DNA of 64,000 bases from an uncultured Myxococcales bacterium (GTDB lineage Bacteria; Myxococcota_A; Polyangia; Palsa-1104; JAEUJZ01): contig CAZKOY010000006.1 in NCBI GenBank assembly GCA_964554495.1, positions 4,796 through 68,795 on the forward strand. Direction: 5' to 3'. The translations under genes were made by a program, and so were the position numbers. Positions 18,194 to 28,324 of this stretch are shown piece by piece; the first letter of the stretch is position 1, and the number at the start of each line of letters is the position of its first letter. Below the pieces are notes generated by a model. It had not been told where the DNA came from. It did no database searches and saw nothing but the letters and a program-made list of their open reading frames with translations.

Positions 18194-19204
18194 ATGCGCT
18201 CCGGTGGAATTGCTCCTTCTCGATGGAATATTCGTCACTCTGCTGTCCTGGCTGCGTTTCTCGTGCTGACTGCCGCCGTGCAGAGCCGAGCCCAAGCAAA
18301 CGATCGCCGAGGCAAGATCGGCTCGTCTTCAGGCGGCGGCTCTGAGACGCGCGAGATCAAAGCGCGCGAGCTTATGGCCGAGCGCGAGGGCCTGCGGCTC
18401 AAGCTGTACGAGAAGTATCGTGTCGGCTACGAGGACACGTGGAAGAACACAGGAAAGGTGATCATGCTGGTCCACGGCGCTACCTGGGCCAGCCGCTGCA
18501 CATTCGACCCCGACCCTGAGCATGGCTATTCGCTGATGGAGACCTTGGCGGATGCCGGCTATGACGTCTTCGCTCTCGACATGCATGGTTATGGGCGCTC
18601 GCAGGGCAGTGATCGCGACTGGACAGATACTCAGGCTGCTGCTCGCGACATTGAAGCGGCGGTCGAGTTTGTTCGCGCGCTGCGCTGGGTCGAGCGCATC
18701 CACCTGTTCGGATACCAGTGGGGCTCCCAGCCTGCGGCGCTCTTTGCGACGCAGAAACCGAACAAGATTGCCAAGCTGGCTCTGCTTGGTATGCGCTGGC
18801 GGCAGGTCGACAAGGCAGCAGTCGCCCCAAGCGGTCCCTTGCGTTCTTTGGGGCAGCAAGCCTCGCTGCTCAAGCCCGAAGACGGAGACCTGGATCCCGA
18901 GTTCGTTCGTCGTCGAGCCGCGGTTTGTCGTGGTGAGTCGGCGACGGCTCCAAACGGAGCACTGGTCGACTTGACTCGTCCCAGCCCCGTCGATCCCGCA
19001 AAGCTCAAGGTCGCAACGCTAGTGATCCAGGGGGAACGAGATGGCTCACCTGAGCAGTTCTCCGACCGCGTGGACTTTTTTCACCACATTGGCGCTGCCG
19101 CGAAGTTCTATGCCTTCCTGCCCGGCCTCGGCAAGTATGCGCCGATTGAGCGTGGGCACGGTCGTTTTGACCAAGCGCTCCTCAGCTTCTTGGATCAGCA
19201 GTAG
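18194..19204 (+). CDS. Alpha/beta-hydrolase fold protein with signal peptide
   Basis: 'IMLVHGATWASRCTFDPDPEHGYSLMETLADAGYDVFALDMHGYGRSQ' matches the start of an alpha/beta hydrolase fold. N-terminal signal 'AVLAAFLVLTAAVQSRAQA'. Confidence 0.7.
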   Translation: MRSGGIAPSRWNIRHSAVLAAFLVLTAAVQSRAQANDRRGKIGSSSGGGSETREIKARELMAEREGLRLKLYEKYRVGYEDTWKNTGKVIMLVHGATWASRCTFDPDPEHGYSLMETLADAGYDVFALDMHGYGRSQGSDRDWTDTQAAARDIEAAVEFVRALRWVERIHLFGYQWGSQPAALFATQKPNKIAKLALLGMRWRQVDKAAVAPSGPLRSLGQQASLLKPEDGDLDPEFVRRRAAVCRGESATAPNGALVDLTRPSPVDPAKLKVATLVIQGERDGSPEQFSDRVDFFHHIGAAAKFYAFLPGLGKYAPIERGHGRFDQALLSFLDQQ

Positions 19205-19362
19205 CCAGCATGCCGGCCTGGCGGCCAGCCGTGGCTCTGCTCTCACTGCTGCAGTGCGCACGTAGGGGGCTGCGGCAGGCGACGAAAAAGGCGCCTATGG
19301 AACGGCCTCAGCCCTGCTGATACACTGCCGTAGATCTTGGCCAGTATCGGAGACGACAAGCC

Positions 19363-21387
19363 ATGAGTCCCGCAGAATCGCCCCAAATCTCGCACGGCCG
19401 CCCTGGGCCTGCTTATGCAAGCGGCCGCGCAGGGCAAGCCGCCCACGATCGTCCTCCACCTGAGCTGTTGGCCATGGCCGGCGGCCCCGGTGGCGGCGGA
19501 GCACCGGGCTACGGTGCAGGCTCGGGGGCGGCAGGTGGGGCGTCGGGCGCTCCCCCATTAGGGAAGTTCGGCACCCTGCGCGTGATGAGCGGCAACGATC
19601 AGGGCAAGGTGATCGAGCTCAACCGACCGACGACGAGCGTCGGTCGCGGTGCGGATCAGATGCTGGTCATCGCGGATATCGCCGTATCGCGACGGCACCT
19701 GCAGATCCAAATGACACCGACGGGATATCGCATGCAGGACATGGGCTCGCCAAACGGCACCATGGTCAACGGCAAGCGAGTCGCCGAAGTGCAGCTCATG
19801 GATGGCGACCAGATCGAGCTGGGGAACTCCTTGCTGCGCTTCGAGCACCCTCCGTCGAGGCCGCAGCCAGAAGCACCGCCCCCGGTGGCGCCTGCCTACG
19901 CGCCTCCGATGCAGCAACCCATGCAGCAGCCTATGGGTTACCCACCGCCGGGGTATCCACCGCAGGCGGCGCCCGGCTATCCGATGCAGCAGATGGCTCC
20001 GCAGCCCATGATGCCGGCTGGCTATCCGCCGGGGCCGGCTTCCGTGGTGCAGCCCTTGGCGATGGCGCCGCCCGTGCAGGCGCAGTCGATGCCTCAGCCG
20101 TCGCTGTTTATGGAGCCCAGTGCTATCGCGATGTCGACGGCGGGGCCGCTGGCCTTTCTGCAGAACCAGCAGAAGCAGAAAATGTACTTTGGCGCGCTCG
20201 GCGGTGCGCTGCTCGTTGGGCTTATTGGCCTCGGAGTGACATCACTGCGCAGCGGCAATCCTGCCAAGGCCATCGACAAAGCCACTGAGCTGTACATCGC
20301 GGGCACCAAGGACTTCACAGCCAGCCACTACGACACGGCGCGCAAAGCATTCGAGGAAGCCCAGAAGTTGGCGCCGGACTCGGCCGAGCTCAAGCACTAC
20401 ATCGAAGCCTGTGATGCCGAGGAAAAGACCCACAAGCTGATCGAGGCGGCAAAGAAGGATCTAGAAGACCGCAAGTATGCAGAGGCGATCCGCGTCTTCG
20501 CGAGGGTTGAGAAAAACTCGGTGCAGTATGAAGACGCGCAGCAGCAAGTGCGCAGCGCGCGTCGCGAAGCGGTCAAAGAGATCCTCGGTCAAGCGAACAA
20601 CTTGGCCCGCAATGACACCGCGGCGGCACTCGAGAAGGTCAACAAGGGGCTCGAAGACATCGATCCAGACAACAGCGAGCTACAGGAGCTCAAGAGCAAG
20701 CTGAGCAGTGCTCCGACAAAGGCGGCGCCGCCTCCTGAAGATCCGCCTGTGGCTAAGGATGAGCCAAAGGACGAGAAGCCCGAAAAGCCCGCCAAGCCAG
20801 AGCCCAAGCAGACCAAGGCCGCCAGCAAGCCCGAGAAAACGGAGAAGCCTGAGCCGTCGGCGGGGGGGGACTTGGCGAGCAACAAGCAAGCCCTCGCTGC
20901 GTACAAGAGCAAGGACTTTGCGAGCGCTATCAGCGCGATGAAGTCGGCCAAGGGCTCCAAGGCGGCACAGACGGTCAAGGACCTAGAAGAGGTCAAGGCC
21001 AAGAACGACCAGGGTAGCAAGGCAGAAGGGAGCAACCCGAGCGCCGCTGCGACGGCATACAAAGTCGCCGCCGACGCGGACAAGCGCCTTGGCGGGGCCT
21101 TGGCCAGTTACTTCAGCGGCAAGATCAGTGCGATGTCGAGCAAGGGCGGAGGCAGCACCAGCAAAGCTCCGCCTGTGGCCGGCGGCGATCCAGGCAAGGA
21201 CGCCGAAGCCGACAAGCTGCTCGGCCAAGCGAAGGGCCTGGTCAGCAAGAACCCGGCTCAAGCACGCACGCTGTGCCGTAAGGTCATGCAGCTCTACAAC
21301 AACAGCCCGAAGAACCCCAAGGTGCAGGAAGCCTACCGTCTGTTGAACAGCATCAAGGGTGGCAAAGACGACGACGACGACTTCTAG
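19363..21387 (+). CDS. FHA-domain protein with Pro/Gln-rich linker, one transmembrane helix and a Lys/Ala/Glu-rich C-terminal region
   Basis: FHA core 'TSVGRGADQMLVIADIAVSRRHLQIQMTPTGYRMQDMGSPNGTMVNGKRV'. TM helix 'MYFGALGGALLVGLIGLGVTSL'. The tail ends in DDDDDF. Confidence 0.75.
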   Translation: MSPAESPQISHGRPGPAYASGRAGQAAHDRPPPELLAMAGGPGGGGAPGYGAGSGAAGGASGAPPLGKFGTLRVMSGNDQGKVIELNRPTTSVGRGADQMLVIADIAVSRRHLQIQMTPTGYRMQDMGSPNGTMVNGKRVAEVQLMDGDQIELGNSLLRFEHPPSRPQPEAPPPVAPAYAPPMQQPMQQPMGYPPPGYPPQAAPGYPMQQMAPQPMMPAGYPPGPASVVQPLAMAPPVQAQSMPQPSLFMEPSAIAMSTAGPLAFLQNQQKQKMYFGALGGALLVGLIGLGVTSLRSGNPAKAIDKATELYIAGTKDFTASHYDTARKAFEEAQKLAPDSAELKHYIEACDAEEKTHKLIEAAKKDLEDRKYAEAIRVFARVEKNSVQYEDAQQQVRSARREAVKEILGQANNLARNDTAAALEKVNKGLEDIDPDNSELQELKSKLSSAPTKAAPPPEDPPVAKDEPKDEKPEKPAKPEPKQTKAASKPEKTEKPEPSAGGDLASNKQALAAYKSKDFASAISAMKSAKGSKAAQTVKDLEEVKAKNDQGSKAEGSNPSAAATAYKVAADADKRLGGALASYFSGKISAMSSKGGGSTSKAPPVAGGDPGKDAEADKLLGQAKGLVSKNPAQARTLCRKVMQLYNNSPKNPKVQEAYRLLNSIKGGKDDDDDF

Positions 21388-21657
21388 TCACAGGGCCGCA
21401 GACGCGGCAGCCATCATCTTCCCTCGCCGTTCAGCATCCTCTTCCGCGTTTCGTTCCATCCTTTCTTCGTCCATCAATCCCGCTAGCTGACAAGGCCCGC
21501 CTTCCACGGCGTTGAGCCGCCTTCGGCCATGCGCTTGTGCTGGTGCGCACAGCTCGCCCTGGCTATCAAGAAATCCAGTAGGGCCAGCTGTTCAGCGACG
21601 AGAAGTCGCTCTCTAGCTCGCGACGAACCGTCGCGCAGCTGTCGGCGAGATCAGCGC

Positions 21658-21723
21658 TGTCAACTTTCTTGTCAATTTCTTACTTTTCGCTTGCATGGAT
21701 TCTATTGAATGGAATACATTCAA
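21658..21723 (+). promoter_or_regulatory. Candidate operator region: two abutting direct repeats (TGTCAAcTTTCTT / TGTCAAtTTCTT), then the 19-bp palindrome TTGAATGgaataCATTCAA
   Basis: Seen directly in the 430-bp AT-rich intergenic region upstream of the two small regulator genes at 21820 and 22639. Confidence 0.4.
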
Positions 21724-21819
21724 ATCAGTTGAACGAGCCACTCACATCAGGCATGGCGCTCGCGTGTTTCTTCGGTTCGTGGCGACGGAGCTCGGTCGCC
21801 TGAGGTTTGTGTCGCGAGC

Positions 21820-22596
21820 GTGTCCATCGGACAAGACCGGAAGCTATCCGAGAAGCAATCGAAGACCAGCACGAGACGGGGGACTGCCATGTGGGGCGAG
21901 CTGATTCAGGAAGTTGGAAGGACACGCACTGCGTCCATGTCGCCATCGAACGCAAAGAGAGCTCGCAAGGTACGCGGCAGCGAAGGTCCGCGCCCAGCCC
22001 GGATGACGAGCAAGCGCGGCCGGGAAGTCGAGGGCGATGCTCACCTTTTGAGCGAAGACGCTCTCTGCGAGATCGAGCAGCGGTATCCCGAGGGTCTGAC
22101 TCTGTCGCAGATCATCGAGTCCTTCGTGCGCCAAGGCCTGCACCTGTCGGAAGCGACGTTTCGCAAGTATGTGCAGCTTGGTCTGCTCGGACGCAGTCGC
22201 CGCGTCGGGCGCAAGGGCAAACACCAGGGCTCGCTGGGGGTCTATCCCGCCACCACGGTGCGGCGGATCAACGTCATCAAGCAGATGATGGCCGCCAACT
22301 ACACCATTGAGGATATTCAGCGCTCGTTCCTGCGTTTTACCGACGAGATCGAGGTGCTGCGGCGCGGACTGAGCCAGCTCCTGTCCGGCTTTGCGCTGGA
22401 GCTCAAGCGCGGCTCGTTTGGCAGTGAGCAGCGACGGAACCTGGAACGCGAGATTCGCGCGGTCGGCAAGCTCGGAGAGGAGCTAGTCGGGCGTGTTGAA
22501 TCTCTCGAAAGACAGCTTGTTTCACCGCTTGAGCGCGAGGCGCGCGAGCGGGCGTTTGGCGCCGGCACAAAAGGGGGCGCTGAGGAACTTCTTTAG
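21820..22596 (+). CDS. MerR-like helix-turn-helix protein with basic N-terminal extension and C-terminal coiled coil
   Basis: 'LTLSQIIESFVRQGLHLSEATFRKYVQLGLLGRSRR...GVYPATTVRRINVIKQMMAANYTIEDIQ' resembles the MerR-type HTH plus wing ('RYYxxxGLL...R...R.Y'). The real start could be the Met at 21889. Confidence 0.4.
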   Translation: MSIGQDRKLSEKQSKTSTRRGTAMWGELIQEVGRTRTASMSPSNAKRARKVRGSEGPRPARMTSKRGREVEGDAHLLSEDALCEIEQRYPEGLTLSQIIESFVRQGLHLSEATFRKYVQLGLLGRSRRVGRKGKHQGSLGVYPATTVRRINVIKQMMAANYTIEDIQRSFLRFTDEIEVLRRGLSQLLSGFALELKRGSFGSEQRRNLEREIRAVGKLGEELVGRVESLERQLVSPLEREARERAFGAGTKGGAEELL

Positions 22597-22638
22597 CCCC
22601 GCTAGCGCGAGGCTGAGTTTGCATTTGGAGGGAGTCGT

Positions 22639-23166
22639 ATGCACGAGGACACCATGGATGCGTTCGCTTCGTCTGAGCACGAAGGCCTGGACGCAGACGG
22701 CACGCAATCTGAAGGCACGCCAGAGCTTGAGCGCCCGGTGCGACGACACCGCAAGCGCTCGCGCAGCAAGACCATCGCACCTCGTCGCTTAACCAAAGAA
22801 GAGCTGCGGTTGAGTCAGACTCTGTCGACGCCCGAGGTCGAGCGCCCAGTCATGCGCGCCGACTGCGCCAGCGGTCCGCGACCGTGCCCATGGGTCTCGT
22901 GCAAGTACCATTTGTTCTTGGACGTCAATCCAGAGACGGGAAGCATCAAGTTGAACTTCCCCGATCTGGATCTGGAAGACATGCGGGACACGTGTGCGCT
23001 GGATGTGGCGGACCGTGGCGGCATCACGCTGGAAGAAGTCGGTGAGATCTTGAACCTCACGCGCGAGCGTATTCGCCAGGTCGAGGTTCGCGGCTTAGTG
23101 AAGCTGCGCCAAGTGAGCCCTGATGGAGACATCGGGCGCGACCTGCCGAGCTTTCGCAGCGAATAG
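22639..23166 (+). CDS. Sigma-70 region-4-like HTH domain protein (no regions 2 or 3)
   Basis: '[30 protein letters not shown]' is a textbook sigma-70 region 4.2 motif. The upstream part carries '[11 protein letters not shown]' and an acidic N-terminus. Confidence 0.5.
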   Translation: MHEDTMDAFASSEHEGLDADGTQSEGTPELERPVRRHRKRSRSKTIAPRRLTKEELRLSQTLSTPEVERPVMRADCASGPRPCPWVSCKYHLFLDVNPETGSIKLNFPDLDLEDMRDTCALDVADRGGITLEEVGEILNLTRERIRQVEVRGLVKLRQVSPDGDIGRDLPSFRSE

Positions 23167-23173
23167 TCGAAGC

Positions 23174-23911
23174 TCAGCGACGTAGCAAGACGTACACCGC
23201 GCCTGCGCCACCATCTGTGGGGCGAGCGGAGGCGAAGGCCAGCACCGAGCGGCTGATGCGCCCGCGGGTCAGCCAGATGCGGACGCTTTCTTTCAGCACC
23301 GGGATCTGGTCTTTCGAATTCAGGCCGCGGCCGTGAACGATGAGTACACAGCGCCGGCTGCGCAAGCGCGACTCGTGAAGAAAACTCTCGACGCGAATGC
23401 GCGCTTCGTCGCGGGTCAGGCCGTGCAAGTCAACATGCGCCTGTACCGAAAAATCACCCCGCCGCAGGCGTGACAGCAGGCGTCGATCGAGCCCGCTGGC
23501 GATGCCCTCGATGTATTCATCGGTATCGCTGATATCGAAGTTCCCCGTCCCATCGACGAGATCCGACAGCTGGGCATAGGCCTCGGCATCTTCCGACTGA
23601 CGGATCTGTGCCTCACGCGCCTGCTCAAGAGGAAGCTCGCGTCCGCGCCCTAGCTGGCCCTTTTGGGGGCTATTCCCGCGCTGCACGCCTGCCATCTCGC
23701 GACGGAAAAGTTCCTCATCGGACAGGCGCTCTTCCTCTTGCGTGTGCGTGACAGGCGGAGGCTTTCTTGCGGCAGGAATCGCTTTTGCCGCCGGGGCAAT
23801 CAGCGCGAGAAGCTCCTTGCGTGCTTCGCGGAACGGAGAGTTCAACGGCGGCGGTTCGTCCTTGGCTCCGCCTCCGCCTTTTTTTGTCTGCTTTCTTAGC
23901 TGCGCCATCAA
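23174..23911 (-). CDS. Smr-domain protein (MutS2 C-terminal-like small endonuclease domain)
   Basis: '[40 protein letters not shown]' matches the Smr core (DLHG...HG[KR]G). Confidence 0.75.
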   Translation of the reverse strand: MMAQLRKQTKKGGGGAKDEPPPLNSPFREARKELLALIAPAAKAIPAARKPPPVTHTQEEERLSDEELFRREMAGVQRGNSPQKGQLGRGRELPLEQAREAQIRQSEDAEAYAQLSDLVDGTGNFDISDTDEYIEGIASGLDRRLLSRLRRGDFSVQAHVDLHGLTRDEARIRVESFLHESRLRSRRCVLIVHGRGLNSKDQIPVLKESVRIWLTRGRISRSVLAFASARPTDGGAGAVYVLLRR

Positions 23912-23992
23912 CCATTACTGTTAGCGCAACTGCGGTCGCTTGCGAGACTGAAAAGCCAGGTCCGCGGTAGCTGCTGCGTCGTCACAGCGTCG

Positions 23993-25906
23993 TTGCTTTC
24001 GCCGAGAGCGAACCGTAACATGGGTTCCCTAATGTCGGTGATGCCGCATTCGTCGGCCGGCAAGCCAGCCTCGCACTCTGAATTTCCGGTCGCCTTCGGG
24101 CGCTACCTGTTGCTGAAGCGCTTATCGCGCGGCGGCATGGGCGAGATCTTCTTGGCGAAGCTCGGGGAGATCAAAGGCTTCGAGAAGTTCGTCATCATCA
24201 AAAAGATCCTGCCGCAGCTTGCCGAAAACGAAGACTTCATCAATCGCTTCATCGACGAAGTGCAGATCGCCATCAAGCTGCATCACGTCAACATCGCGCA
24301 GGTATACGAAGCCGGCACCGTCGACAAAGAGTATTTTCTAGCCATCGAGTACATCGAGGGCCGCGATCTGCGCCGCATCATTCGTCGCTGCAAAGAGCTA
24401 GGCCGACGATTGCCTATCGATCAGTGTGTACACATCGCTCGCGACATGGCGGCGGGCTTGGCCTATGCGCATCGACGGACGGGCCCCAAGGGGCAGGCGC
24501 TGTCGCTGGTCCACTGCGACATCTCGCCGCCGAACCTGATGGTGTCGTATGAGGGCGAGGTCAAGGTCATCGACTTTGGCATCGCCCGCAGCGCCATCCG
24601 CACCGCCGATTCGAACCCCAATATCGGCTTTGGCAAGTTCGGCTACATGGCGCCAGAGCAGCTTCTGCGCGGCGGCGTCATCGATCGGCGTACCGATATC
24701 TATGCTGCTGGTGTTGTGCTGTATGAGCTACTGACCGGCGAGCGTCTGTACCAGTTTCCCGAGGGAACGGACTATCGCCAGATGGCGCGAGCAGTGTGCC
24801 AGGGCAAGTTCATTCCGCCATCGCAGAAAGATCCAGCAATTGACTCGGTGCTCGACGCCATCGTCTGCAAGGCTCTGGCGACGCGACCAGAGGATCGATA
24901 CCAGTTCGCCGAAGAATTTCGCGATGCGCTGCAGCAGAAGCTGTACCAACTGAACCCGACGATCTCGACGGACACGCTCGCGCGCACGATGGACGAGCTC
25001 TTCCAGGGCGAGCGCAACACCGAGCTAGAAGAGCTGAACCAGATGCGTGCCGTCGATGCGGCCGCGTATCGCGACGAGCTGACCGAGGCGGTTGGACACA
25101 CCGTCACCTTTGCTCGCGCACTTGAGGAGGGGCGCCTGGGGGGCGCGGCGCCAGCGGAAGCCGACGGTGAAGACGCCAAGACGACCGCGATGCCGCAGAC
25201 CGATGTCGTGGGGCGCACGGCGGCACCGGCAACGTCTGGAACCCCATCCGTCATCGTATCGTCGGGGGCTTTGCGCCCCGCCGGTCTGAGCGGGCAAGCG
25301 CCAGCGATGTCTGCCGGGCCGCTGGTCAGCCCCGTAGCTTCGGGCCGTGCGGGTCAGTCGCTGACGGCTGCGGTGGTGCCGCAAAAAGGCGAAAGCCCAT
25401 GGCGTACCCTGCGCTGGGGAGTCATTGCCTTTCTGTTGGTGTTTGTCGGGGGAGGGCTGTGGTGGATGCGCAGTCGGCCTAGCGTGACTTCCGTCGGCAG
25501 TCACACGGGCCCCGTGACTCCGACTGAGCAGCCGGCACCGCCTGTTCCGGTGGTGGAAAACTTGCCTCCGCCTCCGCCTCCCGAGCCAGCACCTAGGCCA
25601 GTGCCAGAGCCCGTCGTCAAAAAGCCAAGCCCGCGTCCGGGGCTGCGACCGCGTCCAGCGGCGCCCAAGCCGGTCGAAGATGCCTCGCCTGCGGCGATGG
25701 AAAAGCGCCGCTTAGAAGTCGATCGCAAGTTCCAGCAGGTCAAAGCCGAGTATCTGGACTTCAAAAAGAACTTCGGCAGCCGTCTCGAAGATCGCTGGCA
25801 GTCGATCTTGAGCGACATTGCCTTGGGTCGTCGCGATCAGGGGCTCAGCGACTCGCTGGATGCGCTGCGCCGCGACATGAAGCAGATCCGCAGCAAGAAC
25901 GAATAA
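23993..25906 (+). CDS. Ser/Thr protein kinase (Hanks-type), membrane-anchored with a Pro-rich C-terminal region
   Basis: Gly-loop/Lys 'GRYLLLKRLSRGGMGEIFLAK...FVIIKKI'. Catalytic loop 'HCDISPPNLMV'. 'DFGIA'. TM helix 'VIAFLLVFVGGGLWWM'. Start probably at Met 24020. Confidence 0.85.
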   Translation: MLSPRANRNMGSLMSVMPHSSAGKPASHSEFPVAFGRYLLLKRLSRGGMGEIFLAKLGEIKGFEKFVIIKKILPQLAENEDFINRFIDEVQIAIKLHHVNIAQVYEAGTVDKEYFLAIEYIEGRDLRRIIRRCKELGRRLPIDQCVHIARDMAAGLAYAHRRTGPKGQALSLVHCDISPPNLMVSYEGEVKVIDFGIARSAIRTADSNPNIGFGKFGYMAPEQLLRGGVIDRRTDIYAAGVVLYELLTGERLYQFPEGTDYRQMARAVCQGKFIPPSQKDPAIDSVLDAIVCKALATRPEDRYQFAEEFRDALQQKLYQLNPTISTDTLARTMDELFQGERNTELEELNQMRAVDAAAYRDELTEAVGHTVTFARALEEGRLGGAAPAEADGEDAKTTAMPQTDVVGRTAAPATSGTPSVIVSSGALRPAGLSGQAPAMSAGPLVSPVASGRAGQSLTAAVVPQKGESPWRTLRWGVIAFLLVFVGGGLWWMRSRPSVTSVGSHTGPVTPTEQPAPPVPVVENLPPPPPPEPAPRPVPEPVVKKPSPRPGLRPRPAAPKPVEDASPAAMEKRRLEVDRKFQQVKAEYLDFKKNFGSRLEDRWQSILSDIALGRRDQGLSDSLDALRRDMKQIRSKNE

Positions 25907-25957
25907 CCCTCACGCATCGACGGCTAGACGCACGCCGCTTCGACCGTCTGCCTGGCC

Positions 25958-28294
25958 TTGCTGAATCCCATCGACATGCCTTCTGTGAACACAGGTAATC
26001 CGCTCTCTACTTCACCTTCTTCGTCGGGTCCCGAGGGGGATCTTGGTCCGCCGCTTCTGCTGCGGCCTCGACACATCGTGCTGTCGTTCCTGCTTGCGGC
26101 CGTGATGGTGGCGGTCAGCGATGTCGTCTTGGCGGTCCAGCGTGCATCGCTGCCGGTGCCAACGACCAGCATGACCGCGGCGGTGAAAGCGGCCGTTGGT
26201 TTTTATGGTCTGCCGGCGCTGTTTTTGGGCCTGATCCTCGCGTGGATCTGGGCTGCGCTGCTCGCCTTGTTCGGCCCCGCGCTGCTCGCCCGCGCGACGA
26301 AGGCATGTCGCGACGAAGGCACGGATGCTCACCTGACCGCGCTTCTGCTTTCGGCATTGGGTGTTTTGGTGCTGGACGCGATCGTGCTGTACGGCTTTCT
26401 GCGCGGAGCCGCGTTCGAGATGCAGAACCGTCGCAACGGCGCGCTGTCAGCCGCCTTGGTGGCTGCGTTCGCACTGCCTGCGCTTTCGCTGTTCGGTTTT
26501 CCCCTGTACCGCATCGCGCAACGACTGGTGCTTGTGTTGCCGCGACCGCGCCTGCTGTGGATGCTGGGCCTGTGTACGCTGGGTGCTGTTGGTGTCGTCG
26601 CAGTCGCCGTGCTTTCGGTGGACTGGCGGATCCTGCACTTTGGGCCATGGAAGGCACTCGGTGCGACGCTGTTCTTGGCGACGCTGTTTCTGATTTGGCT
26701 GGGACGCCCTGGCAGTGGCAGTGCGCGTCGTGTCACGCGTGATGCGGCCGTGATCTGCATGCTGTTCTTGTTGGTGATGAGTTCCCTTGTGCAGACGCTG
26801 CGAGGCTTCGGCGACGAGCCGCGAGCACGAGCGCTGATCGCCGAAGAGACGGCAGGCGCCCGTCTGTTCTTTAAGCGCTGGCAGGCTGCCTATGACCGCG
26901 ACGGCGATGGCTATGCTGCGCGCTTGGGCGGCGGGGACTGCAACGATCACGATCCCGATGTCCATCCCGGCGCTGAAGACGAGCCCGGCAACGGTCGCGA
27001 TGAAGACTGCGATGGCCAAGATGCGCCGCTGCCAGCACCCGAGCCTGCCGCTGCCAAGACACCTGTTGAGCCTGCGGCTCAGCCCGTTGCGAAGCCAGTC
27101 AAAGACACAAAGCCTGCGCGCTTTGCGGGCAACTGGCTTTTCATCACCATCGACACCCTGCGCGCCGATCGCATCAAGCCCGAGATCGCACCGGTCTTGG
27201 CTGAGCTTGCGGGTCGCAGCACGCACTTCACACAGGTGTATGCCCAGGCGCCGAACACACCGCGTAGCTTTCCTTCATTTCTGACCTCGCGCTTGCCTTC
27301 CGAAGTTCACTTCGTAAAGCAGTCGCTGAACTTTTCGCCGCTCACGGGCAAAGACGCGACGCTGTTTTCCGCGCTGGCGCAGGCTGGCGTGCAGCCCGTG
27401 GGAGTGTTCTCGCACTTCTATCTTGAGACCAAGACCAATCTCGGGGCGGGCTTTGTCGAGTGGCAGAACCCGACGGCGCGAAACCTGAAGGACTCGAACA
27501 GCGATATCGCGGCACCGCGCATCACGCAGGCCGTGATCGACAAGCTCAAGCGCTTGGCGCAGGCGCAGAAGAACACGCCCAACGCGCCGCGCTTTGCGCT
27601 GTGGACGCACCTGTTTGATCCGCACAGCACGTACATGGATCACCCCGAATACCCAGTACCCAAGGGCTGGAAGTTCTTGGAAGCGCGCTACGACGGCGAG
27701 GTGAAGTACACCGACAAGCACGTCGGGCTGATCCTGCAGGCGCTGCGTGACGCCGGGCTTTCGGACAACACCGCGGTGGTGATCTTCGCCGATCACGGTG
27801 AGGCCTTTGGCGAGCACAAGCTGGGTGGCGAGCCGCTCTACTTCCACGGCGAGTCGCTGTACAACGAAGTGCTGCGTGTGCCGCTGGTCATCCACGTGCC
27901 GGGCCAAGCGCCGCACGTGATCAGTGAGCGCGCTAGCCTGATCGACTTGGCTCCGACGGTCTTGGAGCTTGCCGGGGTCTCGTTGCCGCCGGGGTTTCGC
28001 GGTCGATCGCTGGCGCCGCTGGTCCTGGGCGAGCCGCTTTCGGGCAGCGCTCCTCGGCCGCCCGTGGTGGCCGAGATGCTGCCGTGTACCGCGTGGCCCA
28101 AGAACGAGCGCGCGATCATCGACACGCTCGATGGGGTCGAGTACGCGCTGTACGCCAAGTTCACCGACAACCTGAACGAGCTTTACAACCTGAAGGACGA
28201 TCCCACGCAGCAGAAGAATCTGGCTCTGGCCGAGCCGGCCAAGGTGCGCGAGCTTTTGCGTCGGCATGCCGAGTACGTGCGCCAGAAAAAATAA
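25958..28294 (+). CDS. Polytopic membrane protein with a C-terminal sulfatase / alkaline-phosphatase-superfamily domain
   Basis: About 6 N-terminal TM helices. 'WLFITIDTLRADR' is the sulfatase metal-site motif region. 'VVIFADHGEAFGEHKLGGEPLYFHGESLYNEVLRVPLVIHVPG'. An Asp-rich Cys motif 'DRDGDGYAARLGGGDCNDHDPDVHPGAEDEPGNGRDEDCDG' follows the TM region. TTG at 25958 or ATG at 25976. Confidence 0.75.
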   Translation: MLNPIDMPSVNTGNPLSTSPSSSGPEGDLGPPLLLRPRHIVLSFLLAAVMVAVSDVVLAVQRASLPVPTTSMTAAVKAAVGFYGLPALFLGLILAWIWAALLALFGPALLARATKACRDEGTDAHLTALLLSALGVLVLDAIVLYGFLRGAAFEMQNRRNGALSAALVAAFALPALSLFGFPLYRIAQRLVLVLPRPRLLWMLGLCTLGAVGVVAVAVLSVDWRILHFGPWKALGATLFLATLFLIWLGRPGSGSARRVTRDAAVICMLFLLVMSSLVQTLRGFGDEPRARALIAEETAGARLFFKRWQAAYDRDGDGYAARLGGGDCNDHDPDVHPGAEDEPGNGRDEDCDGQDAPLPAPEPAAAKTPVEPAAQPVAKPVKDTKPARFAGNWLFITIDTLRADRIKPEIAPVLAELAGRSTHFTQVYAQAPNTPRSFPSFLTSRLPSEVHFVKQSLNFSPLTGKDATLFSALAQAGVQPVGVFSHFYLETKTNLGAGFVEWQNPTARNLKDSNSDIAAPRITQAVIDKLKRLAQAQKNTPNAPRFALWTHLFDPHSTYMDHPEYPVPKGWKFLEARYDGEVKYTDKHVGLILQALRDAGLSDNTAVVIFADHGEAFGEHKLGGEPLYFHGESLYNEVLRVPLVIHVPGQAPHVISERASLIDLAPTVLELAGVSLPPGFRGRSLAPLVLGEPLSGSAPRPPVVAEMLPCTAWPKNERAIIDTLDGVEYALYAKFTDNLNELYNLKDDPTQQKNLALAEPAKVRELLRRHAEYVRQKK

Positions 28295-28324
28295 GCGCGT
28301 AGCCGGTCATCGATAGAGTGCGGT

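Noticed and set aside
27275-28267. 330-aa minus-strand ORF inside the sulfatase gene, and the similar 36492..37268 minus-strand ORF inside the Pal-like gene
   Set aside because: Antisense to well-supported genes. No motifs. Composition typical of GC-rich shadow ORFs.
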